DNA of 64,000 nucleotides from an uncultured Selenomonadales bacterium (GTDB lineage Bacteria; Bacillota; Negativicutes; Selenomonadales; Selenomonadaceae): NCBI GenBank assembly GCA_900321035.1, contig ONUH01000011.1, positions 15,050 to 79,049 of the forward strand, read 5' to 3'. Shown piece by piece: positions 1 to 8,971 of this stretch (position 1 is its first letter; each line of letters starts with the position of its first letter). The notes under the pieces were generated by a model. It saw only the letters and a program-made list of their open reading frames with translations, ran no database searches and was not told where the DNA came from. The position numbers and the translations under genes were made by a program.

Positions 1-159
1 GCCGTCGGCATGGATCGCCGGGGCATTCGAGATTTCCTGATAAACCACGAAAGGACGGCCATTGCGTCCCTTGTACTCCTGGACATACTTCAAGACGGGG
101 ACGGAAAGCGCCTCCGTAAGCGCAACCTTGACCCTCGTCTGCAGTTCAATACTCGTCAT
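1..159 (-). CDS. Phage neck/tail-completion-type protein, N-terminal fragment (runs off left edge)
   Basis: ATG at 159-157 overlaps the stop of the adaptor gene (ATGA) with GGAGG 7 nt upstream. My translation is MTSIELQTRVKVALTEALSVPVLKYVQEYKGRNGRPFVVYQE... It sits after the head-tail adaptor. Not in the ORF track because it is truncated. Confidence 0.45.
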   Translation of the reverse strand, partial: MTSIELQTRVKVALTEALSVPVLKYVQEYKGRNGRPFVVYQEISNAPAIHADG

Positions 160-503
160 GGTCCCGCCTCCACTATCTCCCGGCATTGGAGCTGGAGCCA
201 CACGTGCCGCCCGTCGATATCCATCGGCGGGAGCGTCTGCTCCAAAATCCTGCCGCCATACACGATGCGGTCATGAAGTGAGATATCCGCCCGATAGCGT
301 ATGGTGACGCGGTATGCGAGTTCCGGCACCGTCTCCGCCTCATGGTCCACGATACGTGTCCCGAAAGGCTCTATATCCGCCCAGACCTTGAAGTCTCTCT
401 CACCCGTGTAGACGAAGGTTTCAACGCCGCGCTCGTTCATGACGCTGACCGCCTTTTCGACCGTCACGCGGTTCCGGATTGTGTTCACTGTGGTACGCCG
501 CAT
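156..503 (-). CDS. Phage head-tail adaptor / head closure protein
   Basis: 115 aa directly downstream of the connector in HK97-type order. AAAGGAG RBS 8 nt before the ATG. Sequence style (RNRVTVEK...FKVWADIEP...RYRADI) resembles the head-tail joining family. Confidence 0.7.
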   Translation of the reverse strand: MRRTTVNTIRNRVTVEKAVSVMNERGVETFVYTGERDFKVWADIEPFGTRIVDHEAETVPELAYRVTIRYRADISLHDRIVYGGRILEQTLPPMDIDGRHVWLQLQCREIVEAGP

Positions 504-781
504 CAGAAAGTCTCCTTTCTGACGCCGAAAAGAAGCGCCCGGAGCGTCAGCATGAGTTCCCTGTGGTCAGCCTCATCGCGGTGCTCGTAAAGATAGGACG
601 CCGCATAAAGGACAGCGGTTTTCGCGGGACTGCCGAGAGACGCGTACTCTTCAGCGTCCTCCGCCCGTGCCACAGCCGTACAAAGAATCTCCGCCGTGGC
701 AAGAAGCCCCTCAAGCAAAGTGTCCTCATCCGGCGTGTCGATCCTCAGATAGTCCTTGAGTTCTTCAAGCGTCACAGACAC
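503..781 (-). CDS. Phage head-tail connector (gp6-like) protein
   Basis: 92 aa starting MSVTLEELKDYLRIDTPDEDTLLEGLL..., the typical N-terminus of gp6-like connector proteins. Lies immediately after the capsid gene. Confidence 0.7.
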   Translation of the reverse strand: MSVTLEELKDYLRIDTPDEDTLLEGLLATAEILCTAVARAEDAEEYASLGSPAKTAVLYAASYLYEHRDEADHRELMLTLRALLFGVRKETF

Positions 782-848
782 ATAGCCCGTCTCCCTTCAA
801 AAAATAATGGGGAGCCGACAAGACTCCCCATTACAGTTCATAGCGTCA

Positions 849-2081
849 TCAGGACGCAATCTTCAGCACCCTCACGGCCTCCGGCAGCACGAGGACGCCG
901 TCGACGCGCTCCTTCATGACGTAGCCCGTCATGTCGTTGCCCGCATAGAGCTCGCGAAGCTCCTGAATGGTGCGGGTGCCGCGGTCGCCGATGTTGTAGT
1001 AGCTCATGTCGCCGAACGCGATGACCGCCGCGCCCGGTGCAATAGCTGGAGCGTAGGTCGAAGTGTAAACCGGATAGCCCAGGAGACGGTCAGGCTCGTC
1101 CGCCTGGTAGCTCGGCTGCCACATATACAGCTTGTTCTCGTCCTTGAGCTTCCGGATCGAGGCGATCACGGAATCGTTCATGATGAACACCGCGCGGCGG
1201 CGGTAAGGACGTTTCAGTGAATACACGAGACTTACGATATCGTCGGCGGAGATATTGTTGGTCTCGATGTTCCCCGCAGTTTCAGCCGTGGCCGTAGGCT
1301 GCGCCGCCGCCGTCGTGAAGAGTCCCTTCGGCTTCCCGGCGCTGCCGGACGGCGTGGAAAGCGGGCCGTTCAGGAAGGCGTCCTCCTCGGCGTTGGCAAT
1401 GGCCTGCGCGAACTGCGTGAGGATATAGCTTTCGAGACCGAAAGCGTTGTCCGAGAGCAGCTCGTTCGTGACCTTCACCGCGACGAGGAGCTTGTGCGCG
1501 TCGAGGCTGATCTGGCTGAACGTGGCGTCCGAGAAGTTGATGGAATCGCCCTCGTCGATCCACGCGGCAGCGGGCTTCGTCCCCGCGATGTTGATTTTGT
1601 GCAGGCCGCTGGTGGTGATGTTCGTGCCGAAGCGGCGCATGATGTTCTGCTCCTCGATGCTCTCGATCAGACGGCGGTCCCACTCGTCGGGAACGAGATA
1701 GCCGCCGTCGGCAGCGACGCCCTCGGACATCACGTTGGAAACGTGACGGAAATCCGTGCGGATGGCGTCAAGCATCGCCTTCTTGTATTCGTCGGAAGCG
1801 CGGCCCGTCTTGAGTTCCTGTTTGGCGGTATCGTCACCCACGGGAGCGTTCACGATTGCGTCCGTCGCGGGCTTCGCGAGTTCCGCTTCCAGACGGCGCT
1901 GTCGCTCAAGGCGCTCGATGTCCTTGCCGTAGGCCACCACATCCGCCTCCATCTTGTCGTAGGTTGCGGCGTCCTCTGCGGAGAGCTTGCCGTCCTTGTC
2001 GGTGCGCTCGTCGAGGAAGGTCTTGGCGGCGTTCCAGAGCTGGGCGCGCTTGTCGATGAGTTCCTGAATCTTGTCTGTCAT
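849..2081 (-). CDS. Major capsid protein, HK97 family
   Basis: About 410 aa downstream of the ClpP-like protease. The ORF opens at 2108, but the ATG at 2081 (MTDKIQELIDKR...) has AAAGGGG 9 nt upstream. Sequence style typical of HK97-fold capsid proteins. Confidence 0.9.
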   Translation of the reverse strand: MTDKIQELIDKRAQLWNAAKTFLDERTDKDGKLSAEDAATYDKMEADVVAYGKDIERLERQRRLEAELAKPATDAIVNAPVGDDTAKQELKTGRASDEYKKAMLDAIRTDFRHVSNVMSEGVAADGGYLVPDEWDRRLIESIEEQNIMRRFGTNITTSGLHKINIAGTKPAAAWIDEGDSINFSDATFSQISLDAHKLLVAVKVTNELLSDNAFGLESYILTQFAQAIANAEEDAFLNGPLSTPSGSAGKPKGLFTTAAAQPTATAETAGNIETNNISADDIVSLVYSLKRPYRRRAVFIMNDSVIASIRKLKDENKLYMWQPSYQADEPDRLLGYPVYTSTYAPAIAPGAAVIAFGDMSYYNIGDRGTRTIQELRELYAGNDMTGYVMKERVDGVLVLPEAVRVLKIAS

Positions 2082-2132
2082 GAGTAAAAACCCCTTTCTA
2101 TTATCCATAAAAAATAGCCGCTGTTCGCGGCC

Positions 2133-2951
2133 TTAATGCGATATGAGGTTCAGCCGGTGCATGAGCGCCGACGTGTCCACACGGTCATCCTGCGGAGGTG
2201 TCGGAGTCTCACTTTCCGGTATGGCTGCCGTTTCCGTTTCTGTATCCGGAGGTTCCTCTTTGTCCTGCGGCATCGTCTGCGTTTCCGCTTTTGCCATCGT
2301 CGGAAGGATGATGCGTGTATCTCTTTCGGGCGTTCCCTTTATCCGGGACAGCAGCGAGTTCGTGACCGACACCCGCGAGAACGACAGGGATACAGCATCC
2401 TTGCCCTCATCCTCGAACATGATCTTGTCAGCGAAGCCAAGCTCCACGGCCTTCTTTGCCGAGAGCCAGGTCTCCGCGTCCATCATATCGGAAAGCTGCT
2501 GGCGCGAAAGCCCCGTCCTGACTTCGTAGGCGTTGATGATGCCTTCCTTGACCTCGTCCAGCATGTTCTTCGCCCGCTGCATCTCCGCGCTGTCTCCCCA
2601 AGCCATCATGGACGGGTTGTGGATCATGAGATAGCCCGTCGGGGAAATCTCCACGGTCTTTCCCGCCATAGCGATAACGCTTGCCGCCGAAGCAGCGAGG
2701 CTGTCGATATGCACGTTGACCTCGTCCTTGTAATCGCGCAGCATATTGTAAATCTGCGCCGCCGCGAAGACGTCGCCGCCGGGACTGTCAATCCATGCTG
2801 CCACAGGCCCCGTGCCCTCATTCAGTTCCGCACGGAACACGCCCGGCGTGACCTCGTCCCCGAACCATGTCTCGTCAGAGATGGGGCCGCGCATCGTGAG
2901 CACCCGGACGCCCGTGTCGGCGTCCCGCGCCCAGTTCCAAAACTTACGCAT
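2133..2951 (-). CDS. Prohead (head maturation) serine protease, ClpP family
   Basis: ClpP-like core (IDSPGGDV...AASAASVIAMAG...IHNP). Overlaps the portal gene by 8 nt. Acidic/Pro-rich C-terminal tail. Confidence 0.9.
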   Translation of the reverse strand: MRKFWNWARDADTGVRVLTMRGPISDETWFGDEVTPGVFRAELNEGTGPVAAWIDSPGGDVFAAAQIYNMLRDYKDEVNVHIDSLAASAASVIAMAGKTVEISPTGYLMIHNPSMMAWGDSAEMQRAKNMLDEVKEGIINAYEVRTGLSRQQLSDMMDAETWLSAKKAVELGFADKIMFEDEGKDAVSLSFSRVSVTNSLLSRIKGTPERDTRIILPTMAKAETQTMPQDKEEPPDTETETAAIPESETPTPPQDDRVDTSALMHRLNLISH

Positions 2952-4203
2952 TCGTAATCACTCCTCCGTTTCCTGCCGGAATCGCGAAAATCCCGGCGTC
3001 CTTTAATTTCGTCATGTTGCCGTTGACGAGGTAGAGTTCCCCGCCCTCGCCCTCCGGCAGCGGGTTCATGTCCTCCAGTTCCCGGATGTCGTTGACCGAG
3101 AGCCAGCCGTTCTGCCGCCCTATGGAGTAGCCCTGCATCCGGCTGGCGTAATCGCCCCGGAGAAGCCCGTCCACATTGAACCTGATAAAATACTCTTCCT
3201 TCTCTTTGTCCGACAGGAGCGCCTTTTGAAGCGCCTGCTCCCAGCGGATTACCCACGGGTTCAGCGTGTATTTTACGAACTCCAAGGACTGCTGCTCGAT
3301 GTTCGCAAAGGTCGCCCGGTCAAGGTCCCCCAGCATGTGCGGCGGAATACGGAAGAGCCTCGCGATTTCCTCGATCTGGAACTTCCTCGTCTGCAGGAAC
3401 TGAGCCTCCTCCGGCGGTAGGGAAAGCGGCTGGTACTCCATGCCTTCTTCCAGCACCGCCACACGCCCCGTGTTTCCCGCACCGCCATAGACGGCTTGCC
3501 AGTTCTCTCGAACCTTCGCGGGGTCTTTCAAAACGCCCGGATGTTTCAGGATGCCGCCCGGTCTCGCGCCGTTCTCAAAGAACTTCGCGCCGTACTCGTC
3601 ACAGGCGAGAGCCATACCCACGGTATTCTTCGCCAATGCGATGGGCGAATAGCCCACCAGCCCGTCAAAGGACAGCCCCGGAATGTGCAGAACATGTTCC
3701 TGCTTCAGCTCGATCTGGGACGCTCCCTTGAAATTCGGGTTCTGGTCATCGCTCTTCGTGTATGTATAGACCAGCTTCTTCGTCCGTGGATCGCGGTCGA
3801 CCTTCATCTTGTCCGGCAGGAGCGGGAAAAGCCCAATCACCTGCCCACCTCTCGCCTTTAGAATCTGAGCGTAGGCGTTTCCCCAGAGCAGTAGGTGGCT
3901 CATCATCGTCTCCCTGAAGACGAAGGACGTCATGTCCGGGTTTGGCTCGTCATGCAGAATCCGGCAAAGCGGATGGTCTGTCACGCGTTCCTTGCCCTTG
4001 CCGCTATTCCGGTAGATATGCACGGGAAGACCTGCGATGGACTCCGCGAGGACACGCACGCACGCATACACCGCAGTAAGCTGCATGCTGGTCTTTTCAT
4101 TGACCGTCTGCCCCGCCGTTGTGTCGCCGAAGAGGAAGGACAAGCCTCCGAGGTAGTTTTTCGGCTTGTCCCGTGAGCGGAACAGCCAACTGAAGATTCC
4201 CAT
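2944..4203 (-). CDS. Phage portal protein, HK97 family
   Basis: 419 aa between TerL and the protease, with typical portal sequence (LTAVYACVRVLAESIAGLP..., NPWVIRWEQAL...). Confidence 0.9.
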   Translation of the reverse strand: MGIFSWLFRSRDKPKNYLGGLSFLFGDTTAGQTVNEKTSMQLTAVYACVRVLAESIAGLPVHIYRNSGKGKERVTDHPLCRILHDEPNPDMTSFVFRETMMSHLLLWGNAYAQILKARGGQVIGLFPLLPDKMKVDRDPRTKKLVYTYTKSDDQNPNFKGASQIELKQEHVLHIPGLSFDGLVGYSPIALAKNTVGMALACDEYGAKFFENGARPGGILKHPGVLKDPAKVRENWQAVYGGAGNTGRVAVLEEGMEYQPLSLPPEEAQFLQTRKFQIEEIARLFRIPPHMLGDLDRATFANIEQQSLEFVKYTLNPWVIRWEQALQKALLSDKEKEEYFIRFNVDGLLRGDYASRMQGYSIGRQNGWLSVNDIRELEDMNPLPEGEGGELYLVNGNMTKLKDAGIFAIPAGNGGVITNA

Positions 4204-4221
4204 GAAATCACGCTCCTTGAA

Positions 4222-5820
4222 TCAAAACACATAAAATCCCCGTGTGTCATAAACGCTGCCGCCGTCCTCCGCACCCTTCTTGATTGCCCGGTCGAGCGCC
4301 ATGATCATGGCTACCGCGCCGTCAATCTTCTCCGTACTCTTGGATTTGGACGGCTTGATGTTCCCCGCGTCGTCCTGCACCACGGTCAGGTTGTCGACCA
4401 TCCAGGAAAGGACGGGATTCCCGCCGTGAGCGATGCGCTTTTCGAGGACGAGGTTCATCAGTTCCTTCGTCGGTGGGCTCATGCTCGCCATGCCCTGCCC
4501 GAACTGCACGACGGTGAATCCGGCGTTGTCAAGGTTCTGCGCCATTTGCGTTGCGCCCCATCGGTCAAAGGCAATCTCACGGATGTTGTACTTCTCGCCA
4601 AGCTGCGTGATGAACCGCTCGACGAAGGCGTAATGGATGACGTTCCCCTCCGTGGTGTTGAAAATCCCCTGTTTCTTCCAAACGTCATAAGGCACATGGT
4701 CGCGGTTCACACGAAGCTCGATGTTGTCCTCCGGGAGCCAGAAATAAGGGAGTATGACATACTTCTCATCCTCCGTTCTCGGAGGGAAGACAAGCACAAA
4801 TGCCGTAATATCCGTAGTGCTGGAAAGGTCGAGTCCGCCATAGCAGACGCGCCCTTCCAGCGCTTTTTCGTCCACGGAAAAGGCGCAGGCGTTCCACTTC
4901 TCCATTGGCATCCAGCGGACGGCCTGCTTCACCCATTGGTTCAGCCGGAGCTGACGAAAGGCATTTTCCTCTGCAGGATTCTGCATCGCGCTGTTGCATG
5001 CGTCCTGCACCTTGTCGATGTTGACCGTGATGCCCAGCGACGGGTTCGCTTTCTCCCATACCGCCGGGTCTGTCCAGTCCTCGCCCTCGTCCGCGCCGTA
5101 GATCACCGGATAGAACGTCGGGTCAATCTTGCGGCCTTCGAGGATATCCTTCGCCTTCTGGTGTATCTCGTAGCAGATGGAGTTGACGTCGTTGCCCGCC
5201 GTGGTAATGAGAAAATACAGCGGCTGCATACGGGCGTCGCCGGACCCCTTCGTCATTACATCGAAGAGTTTCCTATTCGGCTGGGCGTGAAGCTCATCAA
5301 ACACCACGCCGTGGATATTGAAACCGTGCTTGGAATATGCCTCGGCGGACAGTACTTGATAAAAACTGTTCGTCGGAAGGTAGATAATCCGCTTCTGCGA
5401 GGCGAGAATCTTCACCCGCTTCCTGAGAGCTGGGCACATGCTCACCATGTCGGACGCAACGTCAAAGACGATGCTGGCCTGCTGGCGGTCAGCGGCGCAG
5501 CCATACACCTCGGCGCGTTCCTCGCCGTCCCCGCAGCAAAGAAGCAGTGCAATGGCGGCGGCAAGCTCGCTCTTCCCCTGCTTCTTCGGTATTTCGATGT
5601 ACGCCATGTTGAACTGCCGATACCCGTTCTTTTTCAGGATGCCGAAGAGGTCTCGGATAATCTCTTCCTGCCAGCCGATGAGTTCAAACTCTTTCCCGTG
5701 CCATCTGCCTTTTGTGTGTTTCAGACTCTCGACAAAGCGCACGGCAAAATCCGCCGCAGTCTTGTCGTAATGGGAGCCTTTCGCCATGAAACGGGTCGGC
5801 TTGTATTTTGGTTTACGCAT
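4222..5820 (-). CDS. terL: Terminase large subunit
   Basis: 532 aa with a P-loop-like IPKKQGKSELAAA and a Walker-B-like VVFDELH, plus a C-terminal nuclease half. Directly upstream of the portal gene. Confidence 0.9.
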   Translation of the reverse strand: MRKPKYKPTRFMAKGSHYDKTAADFAVRFVESLKHTKGRWHGKEFELIGWQEEIIRDLFGILKKNGYRQFNMAYIEIPKKQGKSELAAAIALLLCCGDGEERAEVYGCAADRQQASIVFDVASDMVSMCPALRKRVKILASQKRIIYLPTNSFYQVLSAEAYSKHGFNIHGVVFDELHAQPNRKLFDVMTKGSGDARMQPLYFLITTAGNDVNSICYEIHQKAKDILEGRKIDPTFYPVIYGADEGEDWTDPAVWEKANPSLGITVNIDKVQDACNSAMQNPAEENAFRQLRLNQWVKQAVRWMPMEKWNACAFSVDEKALEGRVCYGGLDLSSTTDITAFVLVFPPRTEDEKYVILPYFWLPEDNIELRVNRDHVPYDVWKKQGIFNTTEGNVIHYAFVERFITQLGEKYNIREIAFDRWGATQMAQNLDNAGFTVVQFGQGMASMSPPTKELMNLVLEKRIAHGGNPVLSWMVDNLTVVQDDAGNIKPSKSKSTEKIDGAVAMIMALDRAIKKGAEDGGSVYDTRGFYVF

Positions 5821-5894
5821 AGAATCACCTGAAAATAGAGCAAACTAAAAGCCTGCCGGGTTATCTGCCCGTGCAGGCTTTCGCTCTGTTATTC

Positions 5895-6113
5895 TCATTT
5901 CGAGTGCTTTCCGTGCGGCGGATTCTTGCGCGGGTCATAGAGTCCCGCGAAGGCCAACCCCATCAAAAAGTTTGTATCCCGCTCGGCGAGCCCCTGGTTG
6001 AATTCCTTTTTCTCTTTCGCCGACATTCCCTTCGTGGCGGTATCGTAGTTCTTCTTGGTCATCAGCCCTTTCCACGGCTCATTATGCCCTGCGGCCTGAT
6101 CTTTCTTTGCCAT
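5895..6113 (-). CDS. Small Lys-rich protein (partner of upstream Pro-rich protein)
   Basis: 72 aa with AGGAGG 8 nt upstream of the ATG. Its N-terminus (MAKK...) and C-terminus (YDPRKNPPHGKHSK) resemble those of the 57-aa protein at 6990-7163. Confidence 0.5.
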   Translation of the reverse strand: MAKKDQAAGHNEPWKGLMTKKNYDTATKGMSAKEKKEFNQGLAERDTNFLMGLAFAGLYDPRKNPPHGKHSK

Positions 6114-6125
6114 TTACTCAACCTC

Positions 6126-6953
6126 CTATTTCATCCCTTTGGGGGAAGTCCAGTAGTCTTTCGTGCTTGTGGTCAGTGCAGCCCGGTTCAGCACGGTGTA
6201 ATAGGTTTCTCCGCCGCCGACTTTGCTGCCCACGACATTGTACCCCATCGCCATCGCCAAGGCCGTGTAAGACCCCATGCCATGCTTTTTCTGAACAATC
6301 CCGTAGCGGTTCGTGGTGAATCCCAGTTTCTTCGCCGCTGCCGGATGCTTATTCAGCCAGTCCCTGCCCATTCTTCCCTGAAGGTCGGACATAGCGACCA
6401 CTTTCGCGTTCTTGTTGAGAACTGCCCCTATCGTGTTGGATTGGGAACCGTACCCATACGCTTTTGAACCATGAAAATCGCTCGAAAAATAAAGCCCGCC
6501 GCCGTACTGCTGTCCCCTCTTGCCGCCTGTGCTGAAAGTGTTACTCGTCCGGAACATATCCGAAAATTTCTGAGCGGTCATACGCGCACCCTTGGTGTTG
6601 TTCGTGCGGTACAGCACGATTGCTCCTCTCTTCTTTGCCGCGGCTTCCACCTGGGTGCTCGTCACGACTTCCGGCTTGTCGTTCCAGTTCGCGGCGAGAA
6701 TCATCCGCTGCGTAATGTCATCATGAAAATGAGCAGGCAGTTGCACCTTCATCGCATTGTCGACGAAGGACGCGAGCTGCGTGTCGTTCATGTCCGTCAG
6801 CCGCATTGCCGTTGTCGTTGTCGGAGCCGGCTTCGGTTTCGGTTTCGGCTTCGGTGCTGGCTGTGGCTTCGGTGCCGGCTGCGGCTTTGGCATCGGCGGC
6901 GGCAGCGGCGTCGGAGGTGGTTTCCGCCCGCTGACCGTGTTTCGTCCTCCCAT
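6126..6953 (-). CDS. Protein with MGGRN leader, Pro/Lys-rich linker and possible ART-fold (polyvalent-protein-like) domain
   Basis: ATG at 6953 is preceded by GGAGGAGGG; the track ORF starts 10 codons earlier. The N-terminus MGGRNTVSGRKPPPTP is followed by (PKPQPA)n. Possible R...S...E arrangement (VLYRT, GGGLYFSSD, GGGETYYTVL). The fold call is tentative. Confidence 0.55.
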   Translation of the reverse strand: MGGRNTVSGRKPPPTPLPPPMPKPQPAPKPQPAPKPKPKPKPAPTTTTAMRLTDMNDTQLASFVDNAMKVQLPAHFHDDITQRMILAANWNDKPEVVTSTQVEAAAKKRGAIVLYRTNNTKGARMTAQKFSDMFRTSNTFSTGGKRGQQYGGGLYFSSDFHGSKAYGYGSQSNTIGAVLNKNAKVVAMSDLQGRMGRDWLNKHPAAAKKLGFTTNRYGIVQKKHGMGSYTALAMAMGYNVVGSKVGGGETYYTVLNRAALTTSTKDYWTSPKGMK

Positions 6954-6989
6954 GTTACCCTCCTCCCTGCGATAAATCAACAATCGCGC

Positions 6990-7163
6990 TTATTTACGCT
7001 TGCTCTTTTTGCTCCCGGCCTTCCCGCCGCTCTTGGAACCTTTCGCAGGCTTCGCCGGGTCGTGCAGGATGGTGATTGCCGTCCCGTTCCCGTAGCCGTG
7101 ATCCGAGAAGAATCCCGGCTCCCTTTCAGCCTCTGTGTCTTTTCCCTTCTTCTTGTCTGCCAT
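6990..7163 (-). CDS. Small Lys-rich protein (partner of upstream ART-like protein)
   Basis: 57 aa from the ATG at 7163 (MADKKKGKD...) with GGGGGA upstream. C-terminus HDPAKPAKGSKSGGK... resembles that of the 5895-6113 product. Confidence 0.5.
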   Translation of the reverse strand: MADKKKGKDTEAEREPGFFSDHGYGNGTAITILHDPAKPAKGSKSGGKAGSKKSKRK

Positions 7164-7176
7164 AATGCTGTCCCCC

Positions 7177-7944
7177 TTAATAAATCTCAACGTCAAGCTC
7201 GATCTGCTTGTAATAGTTCATTCCCGTGCGTCCGCGCTTTCCCGTCCAGCGAAGGCCCGTAATGCGGTATCTTTGCCCCGGCGCGAATACGAACTCGCCA
7301 AAGTTGCCGCCCGGTCCTTTTCCGGGCATCATCGCCTTCGTGGAAGCGGGCGCACGGATATTCAGTTTTACCGCCTTGTCGATGAAGCAGTTGGATTTCG
7401 GTGCCTTCGCGAAGTTGTTGCATGAGACGCTGACAAAGGCGTTGTCGGTGTATGTCTTTCCCACAAGCCGCTTCTGCAGCGTAGCAATGGTCAGCTTGTC
7501 ATAGTTCGCACAGCCAAGGTCTCTCATGTATCCGACACGGCAATAACGCGTCATGATCATGTTCTCGCCAAGATTGTGCATGCCTTTCATCAGCCCGTCT
7601 TTCATCTGCTGCTGGCTGCGCGAGAGCTTCAGCCCTTTACGCAGGGCGTTGTTCATGTGCTGCGACTCCGAATACAGAGTCCCCGGAACCGCGTGCGGGC
7701 TCAGATAGCTTGCGATGGCTGTCTTCGTCGCAACATCGAAATGCTGTTTCTTGAAATATCCGTCCTCGTCCGCCAACGTATGGAACGGGGAATTATCCGT
7801 CGCTGAAAACGGATTCCTTCGATGTCGTTTTTGAACCGGCGGCGGCACCGGTGCTGGTACTGGTACTGGTATCGGCGTTGGTACCGGTACCGGTGTTGGC
7901 GGCTGCGGCGGAGTCCGACCGCTGCTGGCGTTTCTGCCTCCCAT
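7177..7944 (-). CDS. Putative mono-ADP-ribosyltransferase (C3/VIP2-exoenzyme-like) with MGGRN leader and Pro-rich linker
   Basis: After the linker, the landmarks occur in family order: YSESQHMNNALRKG, MTRYCRV (Arg), DNAFVSVS (S-x-S), KLNIRAPASTKAMM, NFGEFVFAPGQRYRI (catalytic Glu; the first Glu/Gln of ExE is absent). Confidence 0.65.
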   Translation of the reverse strand: MGGRNASSGRTPPQPPTPVPVPTPIPVPVPAPVPPPVQKRHRRNPFSATDNSPFHTLADEDGYFKKQHFDVATKTAIASYLSPHAVPGTLYSESQHMNNALRKGLKLSRSQQQMKDGLMKGMHNLGENMIMTRYCRVGYMRDLGCANYDKLTIATLQKRLVGKTYTDNAFVSVSCNNFAKAPKSNCFIDKAVKLNIRAPASTKAMMPGKGPGGNFGEFVFAPGQRYRITGLRWTGKRGRTGMNYYKQIELDVEIY

Positions 7945-7953
7945 TTCGCACCC

Positions 7954-8619
7954 TCATCCTTTCTTTTTATTGCTGAATGTACGCGGCTTGTAGAACCGCA
8001 CCGGGACGTCCCCGAAGTCGTACTCGATTGGCTTACCGTAGCACAGAATGGTGCTCGGTCGGAGCCGTTTCATGGCCTCGTCCATCCCAGCACACCATCC
8101 CGCCCACGCGTCCTTCTTCCGCGCGACGCCAACCGTGGACACGGCAACCACGCCGCCCGGCTCGATGCCGTCGAAGCAGAAACTAAATGTTTCCTCCTCC
8201 GCCCAGCTCAAGGTTGGAATGACCTCCAGCCCCTCCCTCTGCATCATCTGCCCGATCATGCGGGAACGGTAGGTGTTCCAGATTTTCATCGCCATCGGCA
8301 TATCGAGATACAGCGAAAAGTCCGGCGTAAGGACACACCTGAAACGGGCAAGACGCGGAATGGTCTGCCGGGGATTGCTCCAAATCCGCTCGAACTGGTA
8401 ATCGTCTATGAAGAAGTGGATGCCGCACTCGGTGTCCTCTTTCTCACACTTGGCGTAATTGAAGCCCAGAAGCCGCTCCGGCACTGTATCCGTCTTTCGG
8501 ATAATCGGCATCTCGTATTGCCCCTCGGCCTGCATCGGATCGTAGTAATCGAAGTTTGTGGCCCGGTAGCTCCGCTCCCGTTCGCCGCCATAGTATTGAC
8601 CGTATCTGAGTTCTCCCAT
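7954..8619 (-). CDS. DUF4417-like protein
   Basis: The conserved part starts at MGELRYGQYY...GIHFFIDDYQFERIW...TPDFSLY. ATG 8619 lies 11 nt after GGAGG. The longer ORF (to 8871) has an Arg/Ser-rich improbable N-terminus overlapping the next gene. Confidence 0.65.
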   Translation of the reverse strand: MGELRYGQYYGGERERSYRATNFDYYDPMQAEGQYEMPIIRKTDTVPERLLGFNYAKCEKEDTECGIHFFIDDYQFERIWSNPRQTIPRLARFRCVLTPDFSLYLDMPMAMKIWNTYRSRMIGQMMQREGLEVIPTLSWAEEETFSFCFDGIEPGGVVAVSTVGVARKKDAWAGWCAGMDEAMKRLRPSTILCYGKPIEYDFGDVPVRFYKPRTFSNKKKG

Positions 8620-8692
8620 ATCCGGCATCACCTCCTTGAAAATGGGTAGAAGAAAAGCGCGACTATCTGGCCGCGCTTCTTTTGTCATCCGT

Positions 8693-8971
8693 TCAGATTT
8701 TCGAGAGGCACCATTCCATCGCGTGGCCTCCGTCCTTGAAGACTTCCTCCGCTGCCTCGACCAAACCGATGCGGCACTCGACATCGCCCAGCCCGGTTTC
8801 CTGCGGCGTCTCGACCAACTCGTAGACCGCTGCATGATATCCGAAGCTCTCGCAGCCGACCACAAGTACATTCTCGCCGTGCCTGAGAACCGCGCCCATC
8901 GCCGCGTATCCTTCCATGGCGAGATCCTCCATCGTCGTGGTCTTCTTCCATTTCGTCTCAGGCTTTCTCAT
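8693..8971 (-). CDS. Hypothetical protein
   Basis: In-frame ATG at 8971 (MRKPETKWKK...) overlaps the stop of the GGCT-like gene by 14 nt. No recognisable family. Confidence 0.4.
   Translation of the reverse strand: MRKPETKWKKTTTMEDLAMEGYAAMGAVLRHGENVLVVGCESFGYHAAVYELVETPQETGLGDVECRIGLVEAAEEVFKDGGHAMEWCLSKI

Noticed and set aside
2117-2131. Short hairpin GCCGC-GAACA-GCGGC plus a T-run between the protease and capsid genes, as a terminator.
   Set aside because: The stem is only 5 bp and lies inside an obligatorily co-expressed head operon. At most it is a weak attenuator, so it is not listed as a feature.
4426-5832. 468-aa plus-strand ORF opposite terL. Similar long antisense ORFs occur at 10541-12085, 13490-15070, 19690-21189, 33902-35098, 35102-36379, 43976-44938, 46124-47515, 46648-47880, 53759-55066, 54840-55937 and 58057-59385.
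   Set aside because: Each lies entirely opposite a gene with clear family motifs. They have Arg/Leu/His/Gly-rich low-complexity composition typical of shadow frames and lack RBS context. The recognisable protein is always on the other strand.
6790-6905. Short-period nucleotide repeats (also at 7822-7905).
   Set aside because: They are coding. They encode the PKPQPA / PVPxP proline-rich linkers of the two ART-like proteins, not a non-coding tandem array or CRISPR.
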